Assembly (NCBI RefSeq): GCF_006345805.1 | Contig: NC_043001.1 | Span: 25,792,001 to 25,856,000 of the forward strand | Direction of reading: 5' to 3' | Length of the DNA stretch: 64,000 bases | DNA from: Octopus sinensis | Taxonomy: Eukaryota | Part shown: piece after piece, positions 49,237-60,834 of the stretch | Numbering within the stretch: position 1 is the stretch's first letter | Layout: each line of letters begins with the position of its first letter | Notes under the pieces: generated by a model | What the model was told of the DNA's origin: nothing | The model's database searches: none | Seen by the model: only the letters and a program-made list of their open reading frames with translations | Translations under genes and position numbers: made by a program

Positions 49237-51599
49237 GTGAAACTATTAAAAGTGAAACTATTATATCACATTACAATAATGTTATTTCATTTTTGACGCG
49301 TAATACCGAAACAATCTAAGAGATCACTGTAGGCTCACATTAGGCAAGATGTTGAAAATTTTTTTGGCCCATGACACTCCATGGACCCTAAGTAATGCAT
49401 GTGTAAAATTTGAATGAAATCGGTTGGATAGTTCTTGAGTTTTAGTGATACACACATACAGACACACGGACAGACATGCTCAGCTCCATTCATAAGTATA
49501 GGGTTTTACCTCTATACAATTGACACTACTTGAGCCAAATGAGTCAACAAGGGAACCTGTATGTGATTACTTGACATATCAGAAACAGCAGCCAAATCCT
49601 CCTCAAATTATATTATCTTACAAAAGCATACGTTGAATACACAAGAGTGGAAGAGGGGACCCTCCGCCCCGACAGCACCACTTTTGGGTTTGCTGTAGAC
49701 AATATGTATTTTGGGGGATGGGGGACTGAAGGGTCGCCTCGGGCGGCAAACACTCTAGCTATGTTAGTGATTGAATAATGTTAAGTTCACTGAACATAGG
49801 AAAAGGCAGGCTGGTCACAGTTGGATTGCCTTTAGTCATACGTTTATTCAATTAGAGCTGACTTGGGGGTTAAGCAATAACAGAAAGCGTCTCTGATCTA
49901 TTACGTGAAATGGAATAGATCTGGAGTCTCTGGTCGGTTGACCTGCTAGATAATAAAAAAAACCCCAAACCCCCCAAAACAATCCAAGACTCCTTCAAAT
50001 CAGACTCTACTACCTCAGGAAAGGATACATTGGATAAATTGTTTTAGTTACATTGTGGATAGAAACAGGATGGCTATAGTTGAAATACATTCGACCATAA
50101 GTCTGCCGATGACGATTTTCAAGATGATTGCGTTAGTGGCATTAAAAAGGCAAGTTTTGGCAATTTAGCTTCAGGTTAACCATACATGCTTCTTCCTAGG
50201 ATCTTTGATTTAAGCTTGCCTTTAATATTGAAAAGGCAAGGATTGATATTCTACCCCAAAATATTTTCCTAGAAATTCTCATACCGAAAATAAAGACTCC
50301 CTTTTACGGGGTACGATTCCAATTATAGGTACACACTTTTTATTTCACTTCTTTATTCTTTATATATAGCTGCACAAAAGCCTATTCCTTCAAGTCTCAA
50401 AACGGTGCGGTGTGATGCCGTGGTGTGCCACAGAATTTTAGTAATTAAGGCTTCGGAAAATTCATCATAATGGCTGGGAATCTTGAAAAATGCATTATTC
50501 ATAGTCTCGCAGAACACGGGTATGACTAATAAAACGGAGTAAACAATGAGCATCTATATATATTTTTTTCCTTCTAAATTTTCGACTTCCCACACGAAAT
50601 CCGTCAATAATTGCTGTCTTAACATGCAAAACACAGCAGTAATTTCTAATCTTCCACGTGAAGTGCGCTAGCAAATACATTGGAAATTATCTTGCAAAGT
50701 GCGTGAACTTATTAATAGTATTTATTTTTAGCACGACACGAAGTCAAAAGAAAGGTGAACCATTGGTATATTTAATAAATGTAAACAAATATTTGCCTGA
50801 ATGGCAAGTATGTATAAATAAGTAAATACAATCACGCACGCGCACACTCTCACACACACACAAACACACACTCTCTCTCTCACTCACACACACGCACACA
50901 CATTTAAACATATAAATAATAAATTATTTGTATCTGTGCTAGTAGAACTATTTAGTCCTAGGTTGCATTACACCAAGACATCAAATTGCATGCGTTTGAA
51001 AATCCATTCATGTATTATTAATACTTACAGATGTATTTACCACAGGTCAAACCAAGTAGTAACCTCGATCTCGCCATTTAATTGATATTAAGGAAACAAC
51101 GGCTTGAAAATTAAAATGTTAAGGCTTAAGACATAAATTAATATCAGAGTACTTTCTCTAAGCAATATTCTCAAAGTACATATTCTTATCTGTGTCAATG
51201 GGTGTGCGTATCTGTTTACTCACAATGGAAACGAACCGGTTATACCGGACGTGAAATAAATTTTTAACGAATCACCGAGTAGTGCCCCCTTAATCACCAT
51301 GCCCACAGCGTCACTATACAACAACAAATAAACAATGGAACTCGCCTCTGCTAAACAAAACAGCCAGAGTGGACGTTGTCAAGAAGAGGTGAATTAAATC
51401 GTTAATATAAAGCTAAGCGAAAAGGAAAACAAAACAAAAAAATTTCAAATCGGGGAATGAAAAAAATATTGATTAGATTTTTATTTTAATTTAAATCATG
51501 TCTTCTGATGCCCTTGTCAAGTGTGTGGCCTATAAGCTGTGAGTATATATTTTAATATTTTGTAAGGCTCAAATATCACGTTCGCACGAACACGCACAT

Positions 51600-51805
51600 G
51601 CACTTACGTATGTATGCGTGTATGTATGTATGTACGTATGTATGTATGTATGTATGTATGTATGTATGTATGTATGTATGTATGTATGTTTGTATGTGTG
51701 TATGTATGTATGTATATATGTATGTGTGTATGTATATATGTATGCGTGTATGTATGTATGTATGTATGTGTGGGTGTATATATGTACACACATATATACA
51801 TATAA
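51600..51805. repeat. (TATG)n microsatellite
   Basis: Direct reading. Confidence 0.95.
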
Positions 51806-52014
51806 GCTAAAGTTTATTCAAGATCAATCATATGTAACATATATATAATGTTGGTGTATACAAATCCATTTAACAACTATACAAAAATAAAAATGGAAAA
51901 AGAAAAAAGAGAAAGAAAGGAAACAAAAAAATACAAAAAATAAAAAAACACCAATTAAACTTCAAGTGCCTCAGTTGGTTGCAAACCACAAGGTTCAGTG
52001 GAACCTACTGAAGC

Positions 52015-54010
52015 AATCCAACAGACTTGCAGTGTTACCATGGGCAATGGCGAGTCTAAGGTGTTAGAACAGCCAAGCACCCTCACAGGTATCACCTGAT
52101 ACCTTGGTAAGGTGAGCTGCCAATGATGACACGAACTTCACCATTAGCAACCCAGCTCCTCCAAATGTCTCAAACGCCACAGGCTGGGCAAGATAGTTCA
52201 CTAACAGGTCCCGATACTTAAGGATTCTGTTCCACTTGACTATGGAAGCAGTAGACGTCCCATTTACCACAGCATCCAAGATGTGGGAGGGTGCAAGGGA
52301 GTCACAGACTATGATGTCCCAGATGGGGCACCTACCTCTTGCCCAGGGACAGAGGGTAAGACCATCTGGTTTTTTCCAATTACAAAAAAAATCAAAAAAC
52401 ATTCGAGCGAGGTCGTTGCCAGTGCCGCTGGACTGGCTCCTGTGCCAGTGGCATGTAAAAAATACCATTTGAGCATGGCCATTGCCAGTACTGCCTGACT
52501 CGCCCTTGTGCCAGTGGCACGTAAAAGAACCTACTACACTCTCGGAGTGGTTGGCATCAGGAAGGGCATTCAGCTGTAGAAACTCTGCCAGATCAGATTG
52601 GAGCCTGGTGCAGCCAACTGGTTTGCCAGTCCTCAGTCAAATCGTCCAACCCATGCTAGCATGAAGAGCAGACGTTAAATGATGATGATAATGATGATGA
52701 TGATGACTTCTAGATAACCTTGCCAGCTCCAGAATGGAGAGGATATTAACCTGAGTAGGGCCAACTTAATGATTAAGTTTAGGTTGGTGTAACCAGCATT
52801 TAGGTGGAAAGACAAACTGCAAAGACCTGTGGTATCGAGGAGCCTACCACAGTCCCCCACAGACATTTGTTCCCACTCTGAGTGTGATGGAGATGCAGAG
52901 CTCAACTAGACTAAGTTGACCACCTATGTTGGTCACAGGCAGGGCATCAATCTAGTTCCCTGAAAATTTGTACTAGCAAAAAGTAGGTGACACATTGAAA
53001 ATTGATTGGGTTCATCAAGGAGAGAGTTGAAAGTGATACCTGAACACAGATTGTCTCATACTCTCTGCTTCCATTTATCCTCAACTGTCACAGGAATTGA
53101 CAAATTCAGCTCTCTCCTCTAAAACAGAGCTTCATCCATCTCCCTATTGGAACTAGTCCATGTTTGAGAGGAGAGGATGTTGTCTACTAAAGAGAAGCAA
53201 GCATAGATGGAGGAAAAACAACAGGGAAGAGACAGAGATGAGCACTTATACTGACCTAGACAACCAAATTGTTTGGACAAAGCAGCCTGATGGTGGAATT
53301 CTGGAGAGAGTCTGACATTGACCAAGGATTTGAGTTTCCTGAAGATTATATTATCAATGCATTGGAAAGACGACAAGAATCTATAAGACGGATTAACTCT
53401 GAGAAAATACAATAATTTAGGAATCGACTAGTAATTCTTAAATATAAAAAAAAATCTACCCCAAGATTTTTTTAATAAGTTGCTCAATAATAAGTTGCTT
53501 GAATTGAAAGATGTCCTCGAAAGCTCTGTCAGTAATTGGGGCTCCAGGAGAGTACCATGCCGATGAAAGAAGAATCAAAATAGGGAGGAAGGAGTCTGTA
53601 AACAGGTTTACCATCTGATGTGAAGCTGGATGGTTGAGGAGATAGAGTTCACATTTAGAACTGTTAATACTAAGGCCCCTATAATCAAATTCCTTAATTA
53701 TCATCCTCACAGTTTCAAGGGCCCTTCAAGCAAGCAATATCATGATACTAGACATTCAAGTCCAGGTAGGCTCCCATCTTGGTAACATCATCAATGTCCA
53801 GTGCAATTAGAGCAGGTCCAAGTAGATCACCTTGTTGGACTCCAGAGGCAAGTGGGATTGGGTGGTCACCAAAGGAGAGATAGGAGGGCTTTCAATAAGC
53901 TTGCCATGCAAGGTGATAGAGCTATGCGGGCATTCTCCCTCACTGCATAGGAATGTATGTAAAAGAGATGTAGTTGTCATTTTTAAGTTCATGTCCTGAA
54001 ACTGAAACAA
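52015..54010 (-). mobile_element. Degenerate CRE-clade non-LTR retrotransposon (RT + restriction-like endonuclease), split by an RTE tail at 52372-52710
   Basis: GVQQGDLLGPALIAL, GLSINSSKCE, ITLRVGTNVCGDCGRLLDTTG and KKPDGLTLCPWARG..IWD...KY....PVAFETFG....LAIAHGN peptides. Confidence 0.85.
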
Positions 54011-54512
54011 TCACATCTTGGAAGAGTGGTTTTAACCATCTAAAAATACAGAAAAATCCAATAAACCCAGTTTTCTTTTATTTCTGGAAATGCCAGCATG
54101 GAAGGCGAACATTACTAACAATAACTCTGAGTACCTTTTCCAACTCTTACTAACAATAACTCTGAGTACCTTTTCAAACTCCACCTGTCTAACACCTGTG
54201 GACATGTTTACAAAGTCAGAAAACAGCACAGCTCCCATGACATTTTTTTCACACTAAGAGTTGCTGAAGCATGGAACAAACTGCTGGCATCAGTTGTTAG
54301 TTGTCGGAGCACTGCATCCTTCAAAACTTCCATGTTTCCTGAGATTCGCCAACACTACACCTGATTTTCTCCCCTCCATACACACGCAAGCATGTATCTA
54401 ACTCATACACTGTTCACTTCCCAGACATTTGTACATTACTGCATATGCTTTATAAGCACGTTTGACAAGTTGTGGTGCACCTGAGCACTGTATACAATAA
54501 TTTCATTATTTA
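54010..54512 (+). mobile_element. CR1-type LINE 3' end
   Basis: TCGHVYKVRKQHSSHDIFFTLRVAEAWNKLLASVVSCRSTASFKT* followed by a 3' UTR ending TTTCATTATT. Confidence 0.7.
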
Positions 54513-54909
54513 TTGCATTAAATGATGATGTTGAAATTTTTGTTGCATCACTGCATCCAAATTCCCAATACTGTTCCACTGAATTGCTGTGGAAGTGTGC
54601 AATGGACCAGGCTGTAGGGGTGCAACAAGCATTTTGACAACTCATGAACCGAAAGCCAAGTGAATTTAACAGTTTGTATGTGCCTTTACATAATTGAAAT
54701 GGCCCCATCATTATATAATTGCTCCATCTTTCTCCTTCTCCCTCTCTCTTTCTACATACGCACAAACTTCTGTGTGTGTGTGTGTGTGTATCAAAATAGG
54801 AGACTGAAAAAATTTTAGCATTATTTATTCACCATTACATGTGTTTCATTTTTCAATAAGAGTTACCAAAGGTGTACATGTAGAATAAACAGGAACAACA
54901 TCTTGTATT

Positions 54910-55145
54910 ACTCTTTTACTCTTTTACTTGTTTCAGTTATTTGACTGTGGCCATGCTGGAGCACCGCCTTTTAGTCGAGCAAATCGACCCCAGGACTTAT
55001 TCTTTGTAAGCCTAGTACTTATTCAATCGGTTACTTTTGCCGAACCGCTAAGTTACGGGGACATAAATACACCAGCATCGGTTGTCAAGCGATGTTGGGA
55101 GGACAAACACAGACACACAAACATACACACACACACACATACATG

Positions 55146-55223
<78 letters not shown>

Positions 55224-55383
55224 TATATACGACGGGCTTCTTTCAGTTTCCGTCTACCAAATCCACTCACAAGGCTTTGGTCGGCCCGAGGCTATAGTAG
55301 AAGACACTTGCCCAAGGTGCTACACAGAGGGACTGAACCCAGAACCATGTGGTTGGTAAGCAAGCTACTTACCACACAGCCAC
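54910..55383 (-). mobile_element. SINE family A with internal (TA)n expansion
   Basis: Family A motifs in reverse. Confidence 0.85.
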
Positions 55384-55844
55384 TAAATTCATCAGGAAGA
55401 GAATCAAATAATACAAAATTTACTTTTGGATGATGCTTTAATTTCCTTTAGCGAGACATCCAAATGTATTTTTTCCATTTTAGAGACTAAACAGCAGTAA
55501 GCACTTAAAACTGAAAAATAACCTAGTGGATTATATTAGAGAAGAATAGTATGTGGATAGGGTTATGATCCAAGCTGTGTCCTCATGGAGCACATCTGCA
55601 TGTTCTAGTATGCCAAAATTATATGCGGACATTATGATTGTGTGAAGCATGCATAAGAGTTGAAAAATATTGGAAAATAATTTTTGCATTCTCCTGTTTG
55701 GATTTGTAGTTAGTTAATTACTCTGCAAAAGGTATTTTACGGTGTTTTTTTTAACACATAGTTCTGACATCTACATAAAATTCTGAGGTACGGGAATATG
55801 CGCATGTGCTTCAAGAGGAAACAGCTTGGATTATAACGCTATCT

Positions 55845-55847
55845 ACC

Positions 55848-55884
<37 letters not shown>

Positions 55885-56097
55885 GGAGAGTGTGTGTGTG
55901 TGTGTCTTTGTGTCTCTGTGTGTGTGTATGAGTGTGTGTGTATGAGTGTGTGTGTGTGTGCATTTGTATTTGTGTGTTTGTGTATGTGTGCATGAGTGTG
56001 TGCACGTGTTTGTGTCTGTATGTTTGTGTGTGTGTGTGTGCATTTGTATTTGTGCATGTGTGTGTGAGTGTGTGTTTGTGTATTTGTGTTTGTGTGT

Positions 56098-56158
<61 letters not shown>

Positions 56159-56475
56159 GGAGAGTGTGTGTGTGTGTGTCTTTGTGTCTCTGTGTGTGTG
56201 TATGAGTGTGTGTGTATGAGTGTGTGTGTGTGTGCATTTGTATTTGTGTGTTTGTGTATGTGTGCATGAGTGTGTGCACGTGTTTGTGTCTGTATGTTGT
56301 GTGTGTGTGTGCATTTGTATTGTGTGTTTGTGTATGTGTGCATGAGTGTGTGCATGTGTTTGTGTCTGTATGTTTGTGTGTTTGTGTGTGTGTATGTGTG
56401 AGAGAGTGTGTGAGTGTGTGTGTGTGTGTATGTGTGTGTGTGAGTGAGTGCATTTGTGTGTGTGTGCACACGTGT
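55845..56475 (+). repeat. Compound TG-rich satellite with ~275-bp higher-order duplication
   Basis: GAGAGAGAGGGAGAGTGTG...GTGCATTTGTATTTGTG block at ~55873 and ~56148. Confidence 0.85.
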
Positions 56476-56694
56476 ATTTAATGGATTTTTGCAGGAAGGG
56501 TGACAGTGGCATTGATGTTTTGGCTGGCTAGCCTTCATCAGGCAGCCTCAAAGAGGATAGCAAACTGAAAGTTTGAAGTCATTGACACCTTGTCCTCTTG
56601 GAAAAGTTTAATAAACATGTATTCATCTGGAGAGTATTGAGTAATGCTGCACTTTAATGTTGAATTGCCTTTATGTATAACTTGACGTAAAAAG

Positions 56695-57135
56695 AGACAG
56701 ACACACATACACACGCACATATGTACGCACACCCACCCACAAACACACATACACACAAATGCACATAAACACACTCACACACGCATGCACACACACACAC
56801 ACACCAACACACAGACACCTACACACACAAAAAACTCACACCAATACAAATGTACACACACACATACACACTCACATACGCGCAAACACATACTCACACA
56901 CACACACACACACACACCCAGACACCTGCACAAACACACGCGTGCGGACCCATGCACACACACACACACAAACACAAGCATACACACACACAAACACACA
57001 CACACATGCACTCACACACACACACAAACACGCATGCACACACATACACACACAAACACACACATACACACACAAATACACACAAATACAAATGCACATA
57101 CACACTCACACACACGCACAAACACACACACACAG
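56695..57135 (-). repeat. Compound CA-rich satellite, inverse of 55845-56475
   Basis: Shares the CACAAATACAAATGCAC motif in reverse complement. Confidence 0.75.
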
Positions 57136-57156
57136 GCATATATAGCATTAATGGTA

Positions 57157-57478
57157 AATTATGTGACCTTGTAGTTAGAGTATTTGGCTCATGACCATGT
57201 AGTTATGAATTTGATTCCTGATGACTTGTGTCCTTGAGCAAGACACTTTATTTCACATTGCACCTGTTCCACTCAGATGCCAAAAATGACTTGTACCTGT
57301 ATTTCAAAAGACCAGCCTTGTCACATTCTGTGTTTCATTGAGTCTCCCTGAGAACTACGTTAAAGGTATACATGTCTGTGGAGTGCTCAGCCACTTGTGT
57401 GTGATTTTCACAAGCTGGCTGTTCCGTTGATCAGATCAACTGGACCCTTTGTCATCATAATCGATTGAGTGCCAATAT
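57157..57478 (+). mobile_element. SINE family D
   Basis: GTGTCCTTGAGCAAGACACTTTATTTCAC...CCAGCCTTGTCAC matches 7455-7770. Confidence 0.7.
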
Positions 57479-57595
57479 GTTCATGAACTAGAGAAATATG
57501 ACCTCCAAAACCTTTGAATTTAATATCAGGAAAATCTTATTTTGAACATTCACGTCAAGTAAATTATTATTTTATTTATTTATAAGCCCTTTTTC

Positions 57596-57905
57596 AAGCC
57601 TAGCCAGGCTCATGAGCCCGGTTTCTGTGGTGTATGTGTTCCCCCTGACTGGACGGGATGCCAGTCCATCGCAGCATTACTCAAGGAACAGGAAGAAAGA
57701 GTGAGAGAAAGTTGGGGCGAAAGAGTACAACAGGGGTCATCACAAAGTTGGGGCGAAAGAGTACAACAGGGGTCATCACCAACCCCTGCCATGGATCTTT
57801 AGGTGTTTTCACTCAATAAACACACAAAATGCCTGGTCTGGGAATTGAAACCATGATCCTCCGACCGCGAGTTCGCTGCCCTAACAACTGGGCCATTGCG
57901 CCTCC
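57596..57905 (-). mobile_element. tRNA-derived SINE with an internal 36-bp tandem duplication
   Basis: Reverse-complement head AGGCGCAATGGCCCAGTTGTTAGGGCAGCG; AAAGTTGGGGCGAAAGAGTACAACAGGGGTCATCAC twice. Confidence 0.7.
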
Positions 57906-58245
57906 ACCCAGTAAATTATACAAATTTACAAATTAAATAAATTCAATTTAATAACTTCCCTTCTATCTTCACCTTCATCTTCACTTCTTCTTTCTCCTTC
58001 TCTCTTTCTTTCTCTCTCCCTTCCTTTCTTCTTCCCTTTCTCTGGACATGTACCATGTGAGCCCTGGGGTTGTTGTAAACAACTTATCTCCTCCCCTAAA
58101 AATTGCTGGCCACGTGCCAAAATTTGAAACCATTTACACTTACTAGAACTTATCTTTGTGGTCATGGTGACGTATTAACTCCAAACCAGTGGTGAGTCTA
58201 TGTTATAGATTGCATGTTATCTCTGAGACAGTCAATCTATTTTAA

Positions 58246-58503
58246 CCCTTTCGTTACCAACCCAGCTGAAACTAGCTCTGGCTCTGTAGTACAAATGTCT
58301 TGTTTCCATAAGTTTTGAATTAAAATCTTCCACCAAACCTTGAAGATTTTAATTTTTCTTTATCTAATCAGTATTTCAACCAAACTTTATGTTCCTAACA
58401 CTAGCTTAATGATAACTAAGTTATTTTACTAAATTCTTTGTTATATTTCAAATTAATTGAAAGAAACACAGAGCATCTCAACAGAAATACAGTAATGAAA
58501 GGG
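58246..58503. mobile_element. piggyBac-type MITE (same family as 31657)
   Basis: TTAA-CCCTTTCGTTAC ... GTAATGAAAGGG-TTAA. Confidence 0.85.
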
Positions 58504-58571
58504 TTAACATATTTTCAAACTTTCTTTCAGAACTGTTTTATTACATAGATATTGTTAATTTTCCTATTTAG

Positions 58572-58659
58572 CAAATACCACATGAATGTAATACAACGAG
58601 AAGATGGGTTCAGTCCTTCTGGAAATTGCTTCAAATATCAAAAACCTGTTGTTTATCCT
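58572..58659 (+). CDS. Internal coding exon of an unidentified gene
   Basis: TTCCTATTTAG acceptor, GTGAGT donor, 88 nt, open frame (x)KYHMNVIQREDGFSPSGNCFKYQKPVVYP ending in phase 0. Confidence 0.6.
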
Positions 58660-58927
58660 GTGAGTATATTTGATGTCATTTAAAATATATGTGTATATAT
58701 GATTTGAATCAGCTATTAAGTGTTAAAGAGTAAATGTTACTATAGTTGCAGAAGTAGTATGCAATGTTGAAATACTGATTAGATAAAGTAAAATATAAAT
58801 TGCTGCTGGTTACATGAAACTAAGGGATACTGGACACCAAACATGTGAGAAATACTGAAAAGAAAACCCACCCCACTCATATCAGCATTAAAAAGAAAAA
58901 ACAAGTGTTAAATTTATGATAAGAAGT

Positions 58928-59173
58928 GCTTCCTTCTCAAGCCATGCCAGGCTCATAAGGGCTGCTTTTCCGGTTTCGGTGGCATATAAATGCCCCACTT
59001 GGAAGGGATGCTGATCCGTCACAGGTTTATTCATTTTTGCCGGCTGAGTGGACTGGAGCAATGTGATATGAAGTGCTTTGCTCAAGAACACAACGCATCG
59101 CCAGGTCCAGGAATCGAAACCACAATCTTATGATCATGAGTCCAACACCATAACCACTAAGCTACGTGCCTCA
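58928..59173 (-). mobile_element. tRNA-derived SINE, family D-like
   Basis: GCTGAGTGGACTGGAGCAATGTGA..GTGCTTTGCTCAAGAACACAAC...GGAATCGAAACC resembles 60-185. Confidence 0.7.
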
Positions 59174-59567
59174 CAAAGTTATGATAATGATGATAATTAT
59201 GTTACTGCATCATAATTTATTTAGAGATATTTTCGAAGTAATACTCAACAAATGAGCAAGAGAAATCCAAGAGAATGCCCACAGTAGATATGATTATGTG
59301 ACATAATTGGCATAAGAGACTCACAAATTTGAGCAGGTAACTAAACTTTACCATAGAAGTTTCCTGTCTGCAGTGTTAAAAATCTTAGCGAGATCCACAA
59401 TTGCAGCGAACAGGTCCTGGTGTTGTTCTTTTACATTTATTCTAAAGCTGTGTTGTGTATTTATGAAAAATCTACATTGTACTTCTGGTGTGATGTTCTC
59501 TGACATTGGTTAAATTGGTTATAGTTATGACATTCCCGTCAAGGTGTAGAAGTGCTATACCCCTACT

Positions 59568-59860
59568 CATCATCGTCATCATTGTTTAACGTCTGCTTCC
59601 ATGCTAGCATGGGTTGGACGATTTGACTGAGGACTAGTGAACCGGATGGCTGCACCAGGCTCCAATCTTGATCTGGCAGAGTTTCTACAGCTGGATGCCC
59701 TTCCTAATACCAACCACTCTGAGAGTGTAGTGGGTGCTTTTACGTGCCCCCGGCACAAGGGCCAGTCAGGCGGTACTGGCAATGGCCATGCTCAAATGAT
59801 GTTTTTTATGTGCCACCTGCACAGGAGCCAGTCCAGCAGCACTGGCAACAACCTTGCGCA
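59568..59860 (-). mobile_element. RTE LINE 3' tail fragment
   Basis: Nearly identical to 1478-1760. Confidence 0.8.
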
Positions 59861-60145
59861 AATGTTATTTCTCACATCTCAGTTTGGATATTGTTGATCC
59901 AGGGGTTTTCCTATTTTTTAAGGTTTTAAGGGCAGCACTAACTTCAGCAAACAATACTGTTATAATTAAAATAGCATTTAAAAAAATGTACAGTGATAAA
60001 GCATAGATTTTTTTTTAAGTATTTTAACAGAAATATTTTTTTAAAGAAGATTGTAACACATTTCATTCAATGAGAATAAGGATGACAATAATTATGCTGA
60101 TGATTCACTTGGGAGTTGTTTAATGGGAAACATGGAGTAATGCAG

Positions 60146-60467
60146 AGATGTACTTGCATAGCGAGTGACTTGATCTGAGATCATGTGCTGGAACGAAAAC
60201 AGTTGCAGCATGGAAGGTGTTTATAAGCCATTTAAGAAACACACAAAAACCATTAGATTCACTTCAACATTTAAATTTAATTTGTCGAAATTTTTTCATC
60301 GCTTTGAGACTGCGACCTGGATGCAGCACAAAGTTTTGTCAGTGAACAGATCGCAGTCACAAAGCGATGAAAATATTTTGACAAATTAAACCTAAATGTT
60401 GAAGTGAATCTAACACTTTTGTGTGTTTCTTAAATGGCTTATAAACACCTTCCATGCTGCAATTGTT
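60146..60467. mobile_element. Fold-back family P2 element with 14-bp TSD
   Basis: ~52-nt unpaired end, arms ~60198-60320 and ~60346-60467; ATGGAGTAATGCAG at 60132-60145 and 60468-60481. Confidence 0.85.
60335..60385 (+). ncRNA. Hammerhead-like motif with G3-C8 compensatory core
   Basis: TTTGTCA-GTGAACA-G-ATCGC-AGTCACAAA-GCGAT-GAAA-ATATT-T-TGACAAA: 7-bp stem I, 5-bp stem II, palindromic AATATT stem III. Confidence 0.6.
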
Positions 60468-60634
60468 ATGGAGTAATGCAGTTTTTAAAAAAATGTTAAA
60501 TTCTGCAGAAATAATTGAGTAAATTCTGCTACATGTATTTAATAAAGAGTAAACTTCGTATATATCCATTTTATTGTTTCAAATATTCTAAATTATGTAA
60601 AATTCATTTAGCTTCTTTTTACTTCTCTTATAAG

Positions 60635-60747
60635 CTCCCTCCAAGTTTACTTTACCTACATGATGGGGATTATTCTCAGAAAAAGAGACTTTCATCCTGC
60701 AGTTCATTAGAAAACAAGGATTCTGTTCTATCTCGAAGAAAGCAAAG
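60635..60747 (+). CDS. Internal coding exon, phase-compatible with 58572-58659
   Basis: CTTCTTTTTACTTCTCTTATAAG acceptor, AAG|GTAAAA donor, LPPSLLYLHDGDYSQKKRLSSCSSLENKDSVLSRRKQ(R). Confidence 0.6.
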
Positions 60748-60834
60748 GTAAAATTTAATAAGCAGAGAAAAAGTATTATTCTTGCAATTACTTGTTTATG
60801 TAATGAAATGCCATCAAGTATGGGGACCTCAGCA

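Noticed and set aside
55839-57194. Longest ORFs in the track (210-231 aa, His/Thr or Cys/Val rich)
   Set aside because: They are translations of CA/TG satellites, with no splice or codon evidence.
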